From assembly GCA_035527535.1 (NCBI GenBank), contig DATLAK010000084.1:9413-73412 (forward strand): 64,000 nt of DNA. Direction: 5' to 3'. Below the pieces are notes generated by a model that saw only the letters and a program-made list of their open reading frames with translations, did not search any database and had not been told where the DNA came from. Shown piece after piece: positions 28,596 to 38,005 of the stretch (position 1 is the first letter of the stretch; the number at the start of each line of letters is the position of its first letter). The position numbers and the translations under genes are program-made. The DNA comes from Armatimonadota bacterium (GTDB lineage: Bacteria > Armatimonadota > Hebobacteria > GCA-020354555 > CP070648).

Positions 28596-30542
28596 ATGAG
28601 CATTATCATCGAAGTGGATCAGACCCAGGCGGGGAAGCAAACCATCGCCGAGTGGCTGCAAACTCGCGACCAGGGGAATGTGGCACCCCGACCGATCGGG
28701 GTGTCCCCTCTGGCACAGCAGGCGGTCGCAGCGCGCGCGGACGGCGCGTTGCTCGACCTGACCGCCCCGCTGCCGGCAAGCGACCGCCTGGAGATCCTGA
28801 CCTTCGAGGATGAAGCGGGGCGCGAGGTCTATCACCACTCGACCAGCCACATCATGGCGCAGGCGGTCACCCAGCTCTTCCCCGACGCGCACCTGGCTAT
28901 CGGCCCCGCCATCGCCGAGGGCTTCTACTACGACTTCGACCTGTCACACAAGTTCGTGCCCGAGGATCTGGAGCGCATTGAGGACGAAATGCGGCGCATC
29001 ATCGCCGCCGACCTGCCCTTCGCGCGCGAGGAGATGGCCCGCGATGCCGCCGTCGGCTTCTTCAAGGAGCGCGGCGAGGACTACAAGGTCGAGCTGCTGC
29101 AGGAGATCGCCGATGACCGCGTCAGCATCTACCGCGACGGCGATTTCGTGGACCTGTGCCGCGGGCCGCATCTGCCCTCCACCGGGCGCGTCGGCGCGGT
29201 CAAGCTGCTCAGCATCGCCGGGGCCTACTGGCGCGGCGACGAGCGCCGCCCTCAGCTCCAGCGCATCTACGGCGTCAGCTTCCCCACCCAGGAGCAGCTC
29301 GACGAGTTCCTGCGCCTGCGCGAGCAGGCGGCCCTGCGCGACCACCGCCGCCTGGGCAAAGAGCTCGACTTGTTCTCGATCCCCGAGGAGCTGGGCGGTG
29401 GGCTGGTGCTGTGGCATCCCAAGGGCGCGTTGGTGCGCTACCTGATCGAAGAGTTCTGGCGCCGCGAGCACTACCAGCGCGGCTACCAATTGGTGTTCTC
29501 GCCGCATATCGCGCGCGCCCACCTGTGGGAAACCAGCGGCCACCTCAGCTTCTACAAGGAGGGCATGTACGGCCCGCTGATGATTGACGAGGACGAGTAC
29601 CGCCTCAAGCCCATGAACTGCCCCTTCCACTTGCTCATCTATAAGAGCCGGATGCGCAGCTATCGCGATCTGCCGATCCGCTATGCCGAGCTGGGCACCG
29701 TCTATCGCTACGAGCGCTCCGGGGTGCTGCATGGCCTGCTGCGCGTGCGCGGGTTCACCCAGGACGACGCGCACATCATCTGCACCCCGGAGCAGATCGG
29801 CGACGAAGTGAAGGGCGTGCTCGACCTGACGCTGTTCATGATGAACGCCTTCGGCTACCAGGACTTCGAGGTGGACCTGAGCGTGCGGGATGAGGCCGAC
29901 CACGCCAAGTACATGGGGTCGGACGAGGACTGGGCGATCGCGGAGAAGTCGCTGACCGCGGCGCTGGACGACAAAGGGGTTACCTATAAGCGCGCGCCGG
30001 GCGAGGCGGTGTTCTACGGGCCGAAGATTGACATCAAGCTGCGCGACTCCATGGGGCGGGTGTGGCAGGGGCCGACTATCCAATTCGACTTCAACCTGAC
30101 CAGTCGCTTCAACATGGAGTACATCGGCGCCGACGGGCAGGCGCACACCCCGCTGATGGTGCACCGCGCGCTGCTGGGCTCCATCGAGCGCTTCTTCGGC
30201 GGGCTGGTGGAACACACGGGGGGCGCTTTCCCCGCCTGGCTGGCGCCGGTGCAGGCGGTGGTGCTGCCGATTGCCGAGCGGCATCAGGAATGTGCGCGCG
30301 GGGTGCACGAGCGACTGACGGCCGCCGGCTTCCGCGCCGACCTCGATGACCGCAACGAGAGCATGCGCTACAAGATCCGCGAGGCGCAGGTGCAGAAGGT
30401 GCCCTACATGCTCGTCGTCGGCGACCGCGAGGCGGAATCGGGGCAGGTCTCCGTCCGCTCCCGCAGCGCGGGCGACCTCGGCGCGCAGGGGCTAGACGAG
30501 TTCGTCGCCCACCTGACCGCCGAGGTGGAAAGCAAGGGTTGA
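28596..30542 (+). CDS. thrS: threonyl-tRNA synthetase
   Basis: N-terminal TGS domain, class II core, HRAL..., C-terminal anticodon-binding domain. RBS GGAGGG. Confidence 0.9.
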   Translation: MSIIIEVDQTQAGKQTIAEWLQTRDQGNVAPRPIGVSPLAQQAVAARADGALLDLTAPLPASDRLEILTFEDEAGREVYHHSTSHIMAQAVTQLFPDAHLAIGPAIAEGFYYDFDLSHKFVPEDLERIEDEMRRIIAADLPFAREEMARDAAVGFFKERGEDYKVELLQEIADDRVSIYRDGDFVDLCRGPHLPSTGRVGAVKLLSIAGAYWRGDERRPQLQRIYGVSFPTQEQLDEFLRLREQAALRDHRRLGKELDLFSIPEELGGGLVLWHPKGALVRYLIEEFWRREHYQRGYQLVFSPHIARAHLWETSGHLSFYKEGMYGPLMIDEDEYRLKPMNCPFHLLIYKSRMRSYRDLPIRYAELGTVYRYERSGVLHGLLRVRGFTQDDAHIICTPEQIGDEVKGVLDLTLFMMNAFGYQDFEVDLSVRDEADHAKYMGSDEDWAIAEKSLTAALDDKGVTYKRAPGEAVFYGPKIDIKLRDSMGRVWQGPTIQFDFNLTSRFNMEYIGADGQAHTPLMVHRALLGSIERFFGGLVEHTGGAFPAWLAPVQAVVLPIAERHQECARGVHERLTAAGFRADLDDRNESMRYKIREAQVQKVPYMLVVGDREAESGQVSVRSRSAGDLGAQGLDEFVAHLTAEVESKG

Positions 30543-30610
30543 ACCGCAGAGAACGCGGAGGCCGCGGAGAGGGATATTGAACCGCCGACAAACGCAGACG
30601 GACGCCGATG

Positions 30611-30668
30611 GTAGGGGCGCGATTCATCGCGCCCTCCGGAGCCGGGCACAGCGTACTGTGCCCCTACG
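30611..30668. repeat. REP-A element GTAGGGGCGCGATTCATCGCGCCC...GTGCCCCTAC
   Basis: Palindromic GGGCGCGATTCATCGCGCCC core flanked by GTAGG...CCTAC ends. Confidence 0.6.
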
Positions 30669-30676
30669 TTTCCGCT

Positions 30677-30703
30677 CCGCGCTCTCTGCGTCTCTGCGGT
30701 GAG
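30677..30703 (+). promoter_or_regulatory. 27-nt motif CCGCGCTCTCTGCGTCTCTGCGGTGAG just upstream of the HAD gene start
   Basis: 26/27 identical to 31447-31473 upstream of the next gene. Confidence 0.4.
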
Positions 30704-30705
30704 GC

Positions 30706-31419
30706 ATGAACACCATGACTTGGCCGCGCGCCATACTATTGGATTTCTACGGCACCGTCGTCGAAGAGGACGACGTGGCGATCGCCGCCATTTGCGAGCA
30801 GGTGACGAGCGCGTGCGGCAATGACGCGGCCTCGCGCCGGATCGGTTCGTACTGGGGCCGCGCCTTCGCAGACATGTGCCTGCACAGCCACGGGGAGAGC
30901 TTCGGAAGTCAGCGGGAATTGGCGGTTGCGTCTTTGCGGGAGACCCTGCTGCATTTCGGGCCGCGTCTCGATGCGGTCACACTGAGTCAATCACAGTGGC
31001 GCTACTGGACGCAGCCGGAGCTGTTCCCCGAGAGCAGAGAAGTGCTCGCTAGTTGCGGCGTGCCGATCTGCCTGGTGAGCAACATTGACAACGATGATCT
31101 GGCGGCTGCCCTCGCGCACAATGGGTTGTCATTCGACCTGATCGTGACCAGCGAGGACTGCAGAGCCTACAAGCCGCGGCCCGAACCGTTCAGACGTGCT
31201 CTTTCCCTGCTGGGGTTGCCGCCGGAGGCGGTATTGCATGTGGGTGATTCTATTGGGGCTGATGTCCGGGGAGCGAAGGCCGAGGGGATTCCTGTGCTCT
31301 GGATAAACCGACAAGGGAAGTCTGTGCCGACCGGAGATGATGCCCCCGACTATGCGGCGAGCGACCTGAGCGGGCTTCTCCGCGTGCTGCCCGCAGCTCG
31401 TTCCCACCGTCAGGGCTGA
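30706..31419 (+). CDS. HAD-IA family hydrolase
   Basis: LLDFYGTVV (DxYGT), VSNID, HVGDSIGADVRGAKAEG. Confidence 0.75.
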   Translation: MNTMTWPRAILLDFYGTVVEEDDVAIAAICEQVTSACGNDAASRRIGSYWGRAFADMCLHSHGESFGSQRELAVASLRETLLHFGPRLDAVTLSQSQWRYWTQPELFPESREVLASCGVPICLVSNIDNDDLAAALAHNGLSFDLIVTSEDCRAYKPRPEPFRRALSLLGLPPEAVLHVGDSIGADVRGAKAEGIPVLWINRQGKSVPTGDDAPDYAASDLSGLLRVLPAARSHRQG

Positions 31420-31446
31420 TCCGCGTCAATCCGCAGCCGCGAATCT

Positions 31447-31473
31447 CCGCGCCCTCTGCGTCTCTGCGGTGAG
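31447..31473 (+). promoter_or_regulatory. second copy of the 27-nt motif CCGCGCCCTCTGCGTCTCTGCGGTGAG
   Basis: 9 bp upstream of the DUF1638 gene start. Confidence 0.4.
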
Positions 31474-31481
31474 CATTGCAC

Positions 31482-32297
31482 ATGCGAATCAAGGTCATCG
31501 CCTGCGAAGTGCTGTTCCGCGAGGTCTGCCTGTGCGCGGCGCGGTCGCCGCACGTCATTGACCTCGAGTTCCTGCGTCGCGGGCTGCACGACAACCCGGA
31601 GACGCTGCGCGCGGAGGTGCAGCAAGCGATAGACGCGACGGACGCCCGTGGGGGCGCGATTCATCGCGCCCATTCACCCCGATGGATCGGGGTGCCACAT
31701 GTCAAGTACGACGCCATCGCCCTCGGCTACGGCCTATGCAGCAACGGCACGCTGGGCCTGGTCGCGCGTGACACGCCGCTGGTGATCCCGCGCGCCCACG
31801 ACTGCATCACCTTCTTCCTCGGCTCCAAGGACGCCTATCATCGCCACTTCCACGACGAGCCGGGGACCTATTACTACACCTCCGGCTGGGTGGAGCGCGC
31901 CGGCGGCGGCGTCCCGCGCACCCGCGAGGAGGGCGAAGGGCTGCAGATACCCTACGAGGAGTTGGTCGCCAAATACGGCGAGGACAACGCGCAATACCTG
32001 TACGAGATCAGCCAGTCGTGGATCAAGAACTACGCGCGGGCGGCGTTCATCGGCCTGGGGCTGGGGCCGCAGGAAGCGCTGCGAGCCGAGGCGCTGCGGG
32101 TGGCGCAGGAGCGGTCGTGGGATTTCACCGACCTGCCCGGCGATCTGCGCCTGCTGTGCAAGCTGCTCGACGGCGAATGGGACGAGGCGGAGTTCCTGGT
32201 CGTGCCCCCAGGCCATCGGGTGACCCGCGGCGACGAGGCAAGCATTTTGGCCACGGAAGACGCGGATGAGAGCAAACCGCCGATGTACGCCGATTGA
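31482..32297 (+). CDS. DUF1638-family protein (corrinoid-methyltransferase-associated family) carrying an in-frame palindromic insertion
   Basis: MRIKVIACEVLFRE N-terminus. 31648-31694 encodes RGGAIHRAHSPRWIGVP from two REP palindromes. Confidence 0.5.
   Translation: MRIKVIACEVLFREVCLCAARSPHVIDLEFLRRGLHDNPETLRAEVQQAIDATDARGGAIHRAHSPRWIGVPHVKYDAIALGYGLCSNGTLGLVARDTPLVIPRAHDCITFFLGSKDAYHRHFHDEPGTYYYTSGWVERAGGGVPRTREEGEGLQIPYEELVAKYGEDNAQYLYEISQSWIKNYARAAFIGLGLGPQEALRAEALRVAQERSWDFTDLPGDLRLLCKLLDGEWDEAEFLVVPPGHRVTRGDEASILATEDADESKPPMYAD
31648..31694. repeat. REP-A core GTGGGGGCGCGATTCATCGCGCCC plus CACCCCGATGGATCGGGGTG, inside the coding sequence
   Basis: Same GGGCGCGATTCATCGCGCCC as at 30613-30634. 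Confidence 0.6.
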
Positions 32298-32311
32298 CGC
32301 CGAACGGGAAG

Positions 32312-32333
32312 GTAGGGGCGCACGGCGTGCGCC
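32312..32333. repeat. REP-A GTAGGGGCGCACGGCGTGCGCCC
   Basis: Exact reverse complement of the copy at 35788-35810. Confidence 0.6.
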
Positions 32334-32402
32334 CAACGTGGGAGACACCCCCTGGCCTGAATCTGTGCCGACTCTTTCGAACCTCGACGGACCTCGTAGC
32401 CT

Positions 32403-34448
32403 CTACTTCGCTTGCACGAATTCGGCCTGGCCGTCGGCGTAGCCGTAGAGGCGGCCGCCGGGGCGCAGGCCGGGCACGCTCGGGCTGGGCGGCTCGCCAG
32501 CGGCGTTGCGCGTGTCCGAGCTGAACTCGTAAAGAACGACCATGTTTGCCGGGTCGGCGATGTCGGAGAGGTTCAGGCCACTCACTGCGACATTCATTGC
32601 GTAGCTGTACTTATGCTTCTCCCCTGCGCAGCGCAGCACATCTTCGCTCCGGAGGTACGGCTTGATATCGTCCATCCAGGTAGCTGCATTAGGTAAGCGC
32701 CCGTCGTGATCTTTGGCGAACATGCGCAAAGCGAGCATGAGTTGCTGAGCGTTCCTAACCCATGCCTTCAGGGCACCCTGCGCGATTGGATGTGCCCTGC
32801 CGCTCCCGACGGTATAGTGCGTCTTGTGTATCTCATCGTTCACTTCGGTCCCCGGCTTGAAGTGAAGCTCGAGGTCCTTGGGCGAAAGCTTCGTGTTCGC
32901 ATCGAAAGACAGAACGCGCATTTCCCCTATGGTTGTGCTCCCGTCGTCGTTCTTCGTGTGCATCGTCATCCGCGTCGGCAGCCAGGCATGGCCTGCCTTC
33001 TTCACCTCCTTCACTCTCTGCTCACCGTGCACCGCGCCACCTACGCGAAAGCTGACAATCCTCGGGATGAAGCCGTGGACATCATCAATCCAGTAGTACA
33101 CCTGGTGTCCCTTCGCCCAATCCAAGAGGAATCCGAATCCCTTGACCCCGAATTGCGTCTCGGGGCGCGCCCACCGTGCGTGTCCCGACTCAGCCTGCGA
33201 CTGCAACTCCCGCCAGTGCACAAGGTTAGGACCAGTCCCGCGGATCACCGAAAGAGGGTTGCCCAATTGGAACCCTCTCCAGTCCATGGCGGTTCCAGTC
33301 GCATGGAGTACCTTGCCGGTGAGCAAGTCTTCGCCTGACGGCTGCTTCATCTCTTCGGCCTGATGTATCTCCCGACCGTCGGTCCATACGCTCATGCGCG
33401 GCATGACGGATTCGGGCGACATCGTGGATTCGAGGTCCTCGAAGTAGACAGTGCTTGGCGCCACATACTTCATAAGGAACTTCTTGCGCATGGTCTGTTG
33501 GGGCGCCTCCTGCGTGTATTCCACCTCAGCAGCAAGATGGCGTATGGCTTCGTAGTTTCGCTGCATGCCTGCCGCCCTTATCGCTGCTTCATGCTTGACA
33601 TTTATGCGGCCACCCGAGCGCGGGTGCGCTGGCGGCGATGCACCATGGTCTCCGACCAACCGCGGCACGCCAACCACCGCTCCGCCCACTACTGCCAAAC
33701 CAAGCGCGACGTAAATCCCCTTGACCATCAGTCCAGCCTCCTTCCATAGGGTCCAGACACCGTGCAACAAGCCGACAGTCGCTGGAGCCGCGTGGCCGAT
33801 GCTGTGAGCGATAGCCGGCGCCAGGCTCGGCGGCGCAGCCCCTTGCCCTTGCAGCGCGGTGACGAGGCCCGTAGCGGGCGGCGCCTGTCCCCCGGCGATG
33901 ATCGCCAGCCCGGCGGCCTCGCTCGGCAGCGCTCGGCGCAGGGATTCCAGCGCGCGCCGCAGTCGAGTCGAGACCGTGCCCACTGGCGCGCGGGTAATGC
34001 TCGCGATCTCGCGGTAGCTCAGCCCCTGATCGTAGTAGAGCGATACCGCCTCGCGCTGCTCCGGGCGCAGCCGCGCCACCGCCGCGAGCACCTGCTCATG
34101 CTCCAGCCGCGCCATGGCCTGCTCGGCGACCGGCGTACCCCCGGCCGGTTGCTGTTCGTCGAGCGGCTGCTCGGCAAGGTGGGCCTTGCGCGCCCTTTCC
34201 CGCCAGAGGTTGGTGGCGATGGCGAAGAGGAAGGGGCCGACCGGCCGGGCGCGGTTGAAGCGTGGCAACGCGCGGTAGAACCGGATAAAGGCCTCCTGGC
34301 AGAGGTCTTCGGCTTCCTCGTGGCGGCCGGCAAGGCGCAGGAGATGGCGATACAGCCCATCCTGGTAGCGGCGCACTATGTCGTCGAAGGCACTGCGGTC
34401 GCCGTCAAAGGTGCGCCTTATCAGTTCGCGATCATCGGTCATGTCCAT
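32403..34448 (-). CDS. ECF (sigma-70 family) sigma factor fused in-frame to a TM helix and a large C-terminal domain with an H-X9-DG-like (DUF1559-like) tail
   Basis: Region 2 EDLCQEAFIRFYRALPRF. Region 4 LSYREIASITRAPVGTVSTRLRRALESL. TM GIYVALGLAVVGGAVVGV. C-terminus GGRLYGYADGQAEFV. Single 681-aa ORF. Confidence 0.6.
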   Translation of the reverse strand: MDMTDDRELIRRTFDGDRSAFDDIVRRYQDGLYRHLLRLAGRHEEAEDLCQEAFIRFYRALPRFNRARPVGPFLFAIATNLWRERARKAHLAEQPLDEQQPAGGTPVAEQAMARLEHEQVLAAVARLRPEQREAVSLYYDQGLSYREIASITRAPVGTVSTRLRRALESLRRALPSEAAGLAIIAGGQAPPATGLVTALQGQGAAPPSLAPAIAHSIGHAAPATVGLLHGVWTLWKEAGLMVKGIYVALGLAVVGGAVVGVPRLVGDHGASPPAHPRSGGRINVKHEAAIRAAGMQRNYEAIRHLAAEVEYTQEAPQQTMRKKFLMKYVAPSTVYFEDLESTMSPESVMPRMSVWTDGREIHQAEEMKQPSGEDLLTGKVLHATGTAMDWRGFQLGNPLSVIRGTGPNLVHWRELQSQAESGHARWARPETQFGVKGFGFLLDWAKGHQVYYWIDDVHGFIPRIVSFRVGGAVHGEQRVKEVKKAGHAWLPTRMTMHTKNDDGSTTIGEMRVLSFDANTKLSPKDLELHFKPGTEVNDEIHKTHYTVGSGRAHPIAQGALKAWVRNAQQLMLALRMFAKDHDGRLPNAATWMDDIKPYLRSEDVLRCAGEKHKYSYAMNVAVSGLNLSDIADPANMVVLYEFSSDTRNAAGEPPSPSVPGLRPGGRLYGYADGQAEFVQAK

Positions 34449-34624
34449 CGGCGTTCGTCGGTGTCAGTCGGCGGTTCCAATGGTAGTATGCATTTCGGCG
34501 ATGGCTTGTTTCACCCGGCGGAGAGAAACTATGGCCGAAGATGGCGCGCAGATGCGGTAGGGGATTCCCCTCGGCGGGCTCGGGGCAGGCTCTCGGTCGT
34601 GCGGTCCCCCTCGGAATGACATTC

Positions 34625-35575
34625 TCAGATCTGCGATCCCAGTGCGCCCGGCCGCGCGCGGGCGGCTTCCTGCAGGGCCGCGGAGATCCACTGCGCCAGG
34701 CCCTGGGAGCGACGCGTGCGGCGCGTATCGTAGAAGGCGCGCGCGAGCAGGCGCAGCGCCGGCGCGCCAATCCTGCGCTCGATGCGGTCGAAGGGCACCG
34801 CTTCGCCCTCGTGCTCGATCACGTCGGCCAGGATGCACAGCGCCTCCTCGGCGGCGTCGCGCGGGCTCAGATAGCCGATGCGCAGGCTCCGGCCCAGCGC
34901 CTGCAGCAGCGGCTTGATCTCCTCGCGTTCCCACAGTTCCGCCGGTCCCACCAGCGCGTGCAAGGTCGCGTGGGCGACGGCGCCGGCCAGGCGCTCCGGC
35001 CGCTCCAGATAGGCGGCGCCGAGCACGACCGAGAGCCCGAACCGGTTGACCGTGAAGACTCGCAACAGGTGATAGTGGAAGGTGGCGCGGCCGGGGCGGT
35101 ACTCGACGCCGAGGGCGTCCTGGTGGCGGACGAGGATGCGCGCGAGATCGAAGGTGCGCAGGGCGTCGGCCAGGCGGCCGTCGAGGTCGAGGCGGATGCC
35201 GGTCCAGCGCTCGAGGAAGTCGTTGAGCTGCATGCGCCCGAAGCGCTGGAGGGTGTTGCGCGCCTGGGGGCGCGCGCGCAGGTCGGGCATGGCGGCGAGC
35301 GCGTCGGCGGCGGAGTCGGGGCAGGTGCGCGCAACCGCCTGCAGCCACGGCCGCCACAGCGGCTCGATGTGCAGGGGTTCGAGCTGACCGGCGTCGGCGA
35401 CCTCGAAGCGCCGCGCGAAGTCGGCGAAGGGGTCGTCGTCCGGCACGGGCCACAGCGCTGGTCGGGTGAGGGCGGGCAGGCGCAGTTGCGCCCGGCCGAG
35501 CAGGTAGAAACAAAAGTTCAGCCCCTGCCCGACGACGTGGCGCAGGCGGAAATCCAATCGCTCGTCGGACATCAT
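34625..35575 (-). CDS. hypothetical protein
   Basis: GC3-rich 316-aa ORF. Preferred over the overlapping Arg-rich 443-aa frame. Confidence 0.45.
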   Translation of the reverse strand: MMSDERLDFRLRHVVGQGLNFCFYLLGRAQLRLPALTRPALWPVPDDDPFADFARRFEVADAGQLEPLHIEPLWRPWLQAVARTCPDSAADALAAMPDLRARPQARNTLQRFGRMQLNDFLERWTGIRLDLDGRLADALRTFDLARILVRHQDALGVEYRPGRATFHYHLLRVFTVNRFGLSVVLGAAYLERPERLAGAVAHATLHALVGPAELWEREEIKPLLQALGRSLRIGYLSPRDAAEEALCILADVIEHEGEAVPFDRIERRIGAPALRLLARAFYDTRRTRRSQGLAQWISAALQEAARARPGALGSQI

Positions 35576-35763
35576 GTGGTCTCGCCCGGTGCAACGGGGG
35601 AGAGTCAGGTAGGTACTTAGACCCCGGCGCGCGATTTCCTCTGGCGCGCTGCCGCCGAAGGCACGGACCCGGAGCCCGTGTCGCAGCGCCGCCGGCCTGC
35701 GCGCGGGGATACGCGGGTGTGACCGTTCTTGGTTGGGGTGGCCGGTTGTGTGCCCGAATGTGG

Positions 35764-35810
35764 CACCCCGGCCGGTCGGGGTGGAGCGGGCGCACGCCGT
35801 GCGCCCCTAC
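35764..35810. repeat. REP composite CACCCCGGCCGGTCGGGGTG + GGGCGCACGCCGTGCGCCCCTAC
   Basis: Palindromes related to REP-A/REP-B. Located upstream of tRNA-Gln. Confidence 0.6.
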
Positions 35811-35865
35811 AGATTCTCGCGACCCATCCCAACTTTCCGCGGTTCCACCCGCAGGCTCGTCCTGG

Positions 35866-35895
35866 TGGACACGCGGCGCGTGGTTGTGCTAGAAT
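35866..35895 (+). promoter_or_regulatory. tRNA-Gln promoter TGGACA-N18-TGcTAGAAT
   Basis: Extended -10 ending 10 nt before the tRNA 5' end. Confidence 0.45.
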
Positions 35896-35905
35896 CCAGC
35901 GGCGG

Positions 35906-35980
35906 TGGCGGGTGGCGCAACGGTAGCGCGAAGGACTTTGGATCCTTAGGTTGCAGGTTCGAATCCTGCCCCGCCAGCCA
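35906..35980 (+). tRNA. tRNA-Gln (anticodon TTG)
   Basis: Hand-folded cloverleaf. U1:A72 acceptor pair typical of bacterial tRNA-Gln. Anticodon loop CTTTGGA, T-loop TTCGAAT, CCA encoded. Confidence 0.8.
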
Positions 35981-36094
35981 CACGGCGACTGCAGCGCCAC
36001 GGTTCCTGCTCGCGGGCAGGCGCGAGCGCTGGCGGCGGTCGTCGGGCCGGCAGGCGGGTCGCAGGCAATTCATCAGCTTGGATCAACGCAGCAA

Positions 36095-36841
36095 ATGTCG
36101 CAAGAGAACCGCACCGCGGCCGCCATCTTGGCTGCCGGCCTGGGGACGCGCATGGGCAGCGATCTCCCGAAGGCGCTGTTAGGCCTCGGGGGGCAGTCCG
36201 TCGTGCAGCGCGTTGTCAGATCGGTGCTGGCGGCCGGGATCAACAACATTGTTGTTATTATCGGCCATCGGGGTGAGCTTGTCCGCCAGGTTCTGGGAAA
36301 CGATGTGCGCTATGCGGTCCAGGACTGTCCGCGTGGCACCGCGCACGCCTTTAGCTGCGCCCGGGATGCTCTGCGCGACTTCGAGGGCTACCTCATCACG
36401 CTGTACTGTGATGTGCCGTTCGTGCCGGCCCACTTGCTGCGGCGGCTGGCGTGCGAGTGCGCCGCGCGTAATGCCGCGGCCTCCATGGTCACGGTCGAGC
36501 TCGACGAGCCCGGCGCCTACGGGCGCATTCTCCGCGCCGCCGACGGACACGTTGTCGGCATCAAGGAGGCGGCGGGCGCGACCGCCGACGAGCTGGCGGT
36601 CAAGGAGATCAACGCCGGCATCTACTGCTTCCAGGCGCCGTTGATCTTCGAGATCGCGGCCGAGATCCGGCCGGACGCGGTCAAGGGGGAGTACTACCTC
36701 ACCGATGCGATCGGTCTGCTCGCGGCGCGGGGGCTGGAGATAGCGGTGGTCAAGGCGGACGATCCCGCGGTGGTCATGGGCATCAACACTCCGGCCGAAC
36801 TTGAGCAGGCGGAGCTGATCCTGCAGCGCAGGTCCCGGTAG
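36095..36841 (+). CDS. sugar-phosphate nucleotidyltransferase, GlmU N-terminal-domain-like (lacks the LbH acetyltransferase domain)
   Basis: AAILAAGLGTRM...LPKAL (LxxGxGTRM) pyrophosphorylase signature. 248 aa only. Sits in the conserved glmU-prs-ctc position. Confidence 0.7.
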   Translation: MSQENRTAAAILAAGLGTRMGSDLPKALLGLGGQSVVQRVVRSVLAAGINNIVVIIGHRGELVRQVLGNDVRYAVQDCPRGTAHAFSCARDALRDFEGYLITLYCDVPFVPAHLLRRLACECAARNAAASMVTVELDEPGAYGRILRAADGHVVGIKEAAGATADELAVKEINAGIYCFQAPLIFEIAAEIRPDAVKGEYYLTDAIGLLAARGLEIAVVKADDPAVVMGINTPAELEQAELILQRRSR

Positions 36842-36853
36842 CGGAGGCAGCGT

Positions 36854-37825
36854 GTGAGCAACCACGACATGCGTATCCTGACCGGCAACGCCAACCCCAA
36901 GCTGGCGGCGGACATCGCGGCCTACCTGGGGCTGCCGCTGAGCGAGACGGAGGTCGGCCGTTTCAGCGACGGCGAGATCCGGGTCAAGATCAACGAGAGC
37001 GTGCGCGGGGCGGATGTCTTCGTCGTCCAGCCCACTTGCCCGCCCACCAGCGACAACATCATGGAGTTGCTGATCATCATTGACGCGCTCAAGCGCGCCT
37101 CCGCGCGCCGCATCGTGGCGGTCGTGCCCTACTACGGCTACGCGCGTCAGGAGAAGAAAGCAAGCGGCCGCGAGCCCATCACCTCGCGCCTGATCGCGGA
37201 CCTGCTGACCGTCGCCGGCGCGCACCGCATCTTGGCGCTGGACATGCACGTTCCCTCCATCCAGGGCTTCTTCAACCTGCCGGTGGATCATCTCAACGCC
37301 GGGCCGCTGCTTGCCGACTACTTCATCACCCGCGGCTTCGCCGACGCCGATACCGTCGTCGTATCCCCCGACGTCGGCGGCGTCGGCACCGCCCGCGCCG
37401 TGGCCGACCGCCTCGACGCCAGCCTCGCCATCATCGCCAAGCGCCGCCCCCAGCCCAACCAGGCGGAGGTGATGGAAGTCATCGGCGATCTCGACGGCAA
37501 GCGGGCGATCTTCATTGACGACATCATAGATACCGCCGGCTCGCTGGCATTGGGGGCGCACGCGGTCGCGGAGCGCGGGGCGGCGGAAATCTACGCCAGC
37601 GCCACCCATGGCATCTTCTCCGGCGATGCGATTGCGCGGCTGGCCGACGCTCCCCTGAAGGAGGTCGTGGTCACCGACACCGTGCCCCTATCTCCGGAGC
37701 GGCGCATCGCCAAGATCAAAGTGCTATCGGTGGCGCCGCTCTTGGCGGAGGCGATCCGCCGCGTGCACGAGGACGCGTCGGTCAGCTCCCTCTTCGACCA
37801 TCTGTGGGTCGAGGACAAGCGCTAG
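36854..37825 (+). CDS. prs: ribose-phosphate pyrophosphokinase
   Basis: PRPP synthase N-terminal and PRPP-binding motifs IFIDDIIDTAGS. Alternative ATG start at 36869. Confidence 0.9.
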   Translation: MSNHDMRILTGNANPKLAADIAAYLGLPLSETEVGRFSDGEIRVKINESVRGADVFVVQPTCPPTSDNIMELLIIIDALKRASARRIVAVVPYYGYARQEKKASGREPITSRLIADLLTVAGAHRILALDMHVPSIQGFFNLPVDHLNAGPLLADYFITRGFADADTVVVSPDVGGVGTARAVADRLDASLAIIAKRRPQPNQAEVMEVIGDLDGKRAIFIDDIIDTAGSLALGAHAVAERGAAEIYASATHGIFSGDAIARLADAPLKEVVVTDTVPLSPERRIAKIKVLSVAPLLAEAIRRVHEDASVSSLFDHLWVEDKR

Positions 37826-38005
37826 CCGGCGGCGCGCGGCCGGCGCGGGAGACCAGGCCCCAAAGGAGAGCGGAAAGGCGGCCGCCTCGACATGTCGGGG
37901 CTCCAGCCCGGGGGATGAACAACCGGGGTCCGGGGTCTTGGTCGTTCATAACTGGGTCTGCCCGAGGTTCGGCCATGGCCCCCTGGGGCGCTTTCGGAGG
38001 AAGCA

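Noticed and set aside
35951-36094. N-terminal part of ORF 35951-36841 overlapping tRNA-Gln
   Set aside because: It would start inside the tRNA. The gene was trimmed to the ATG at 36095, where the uridyltransferase homology begins.
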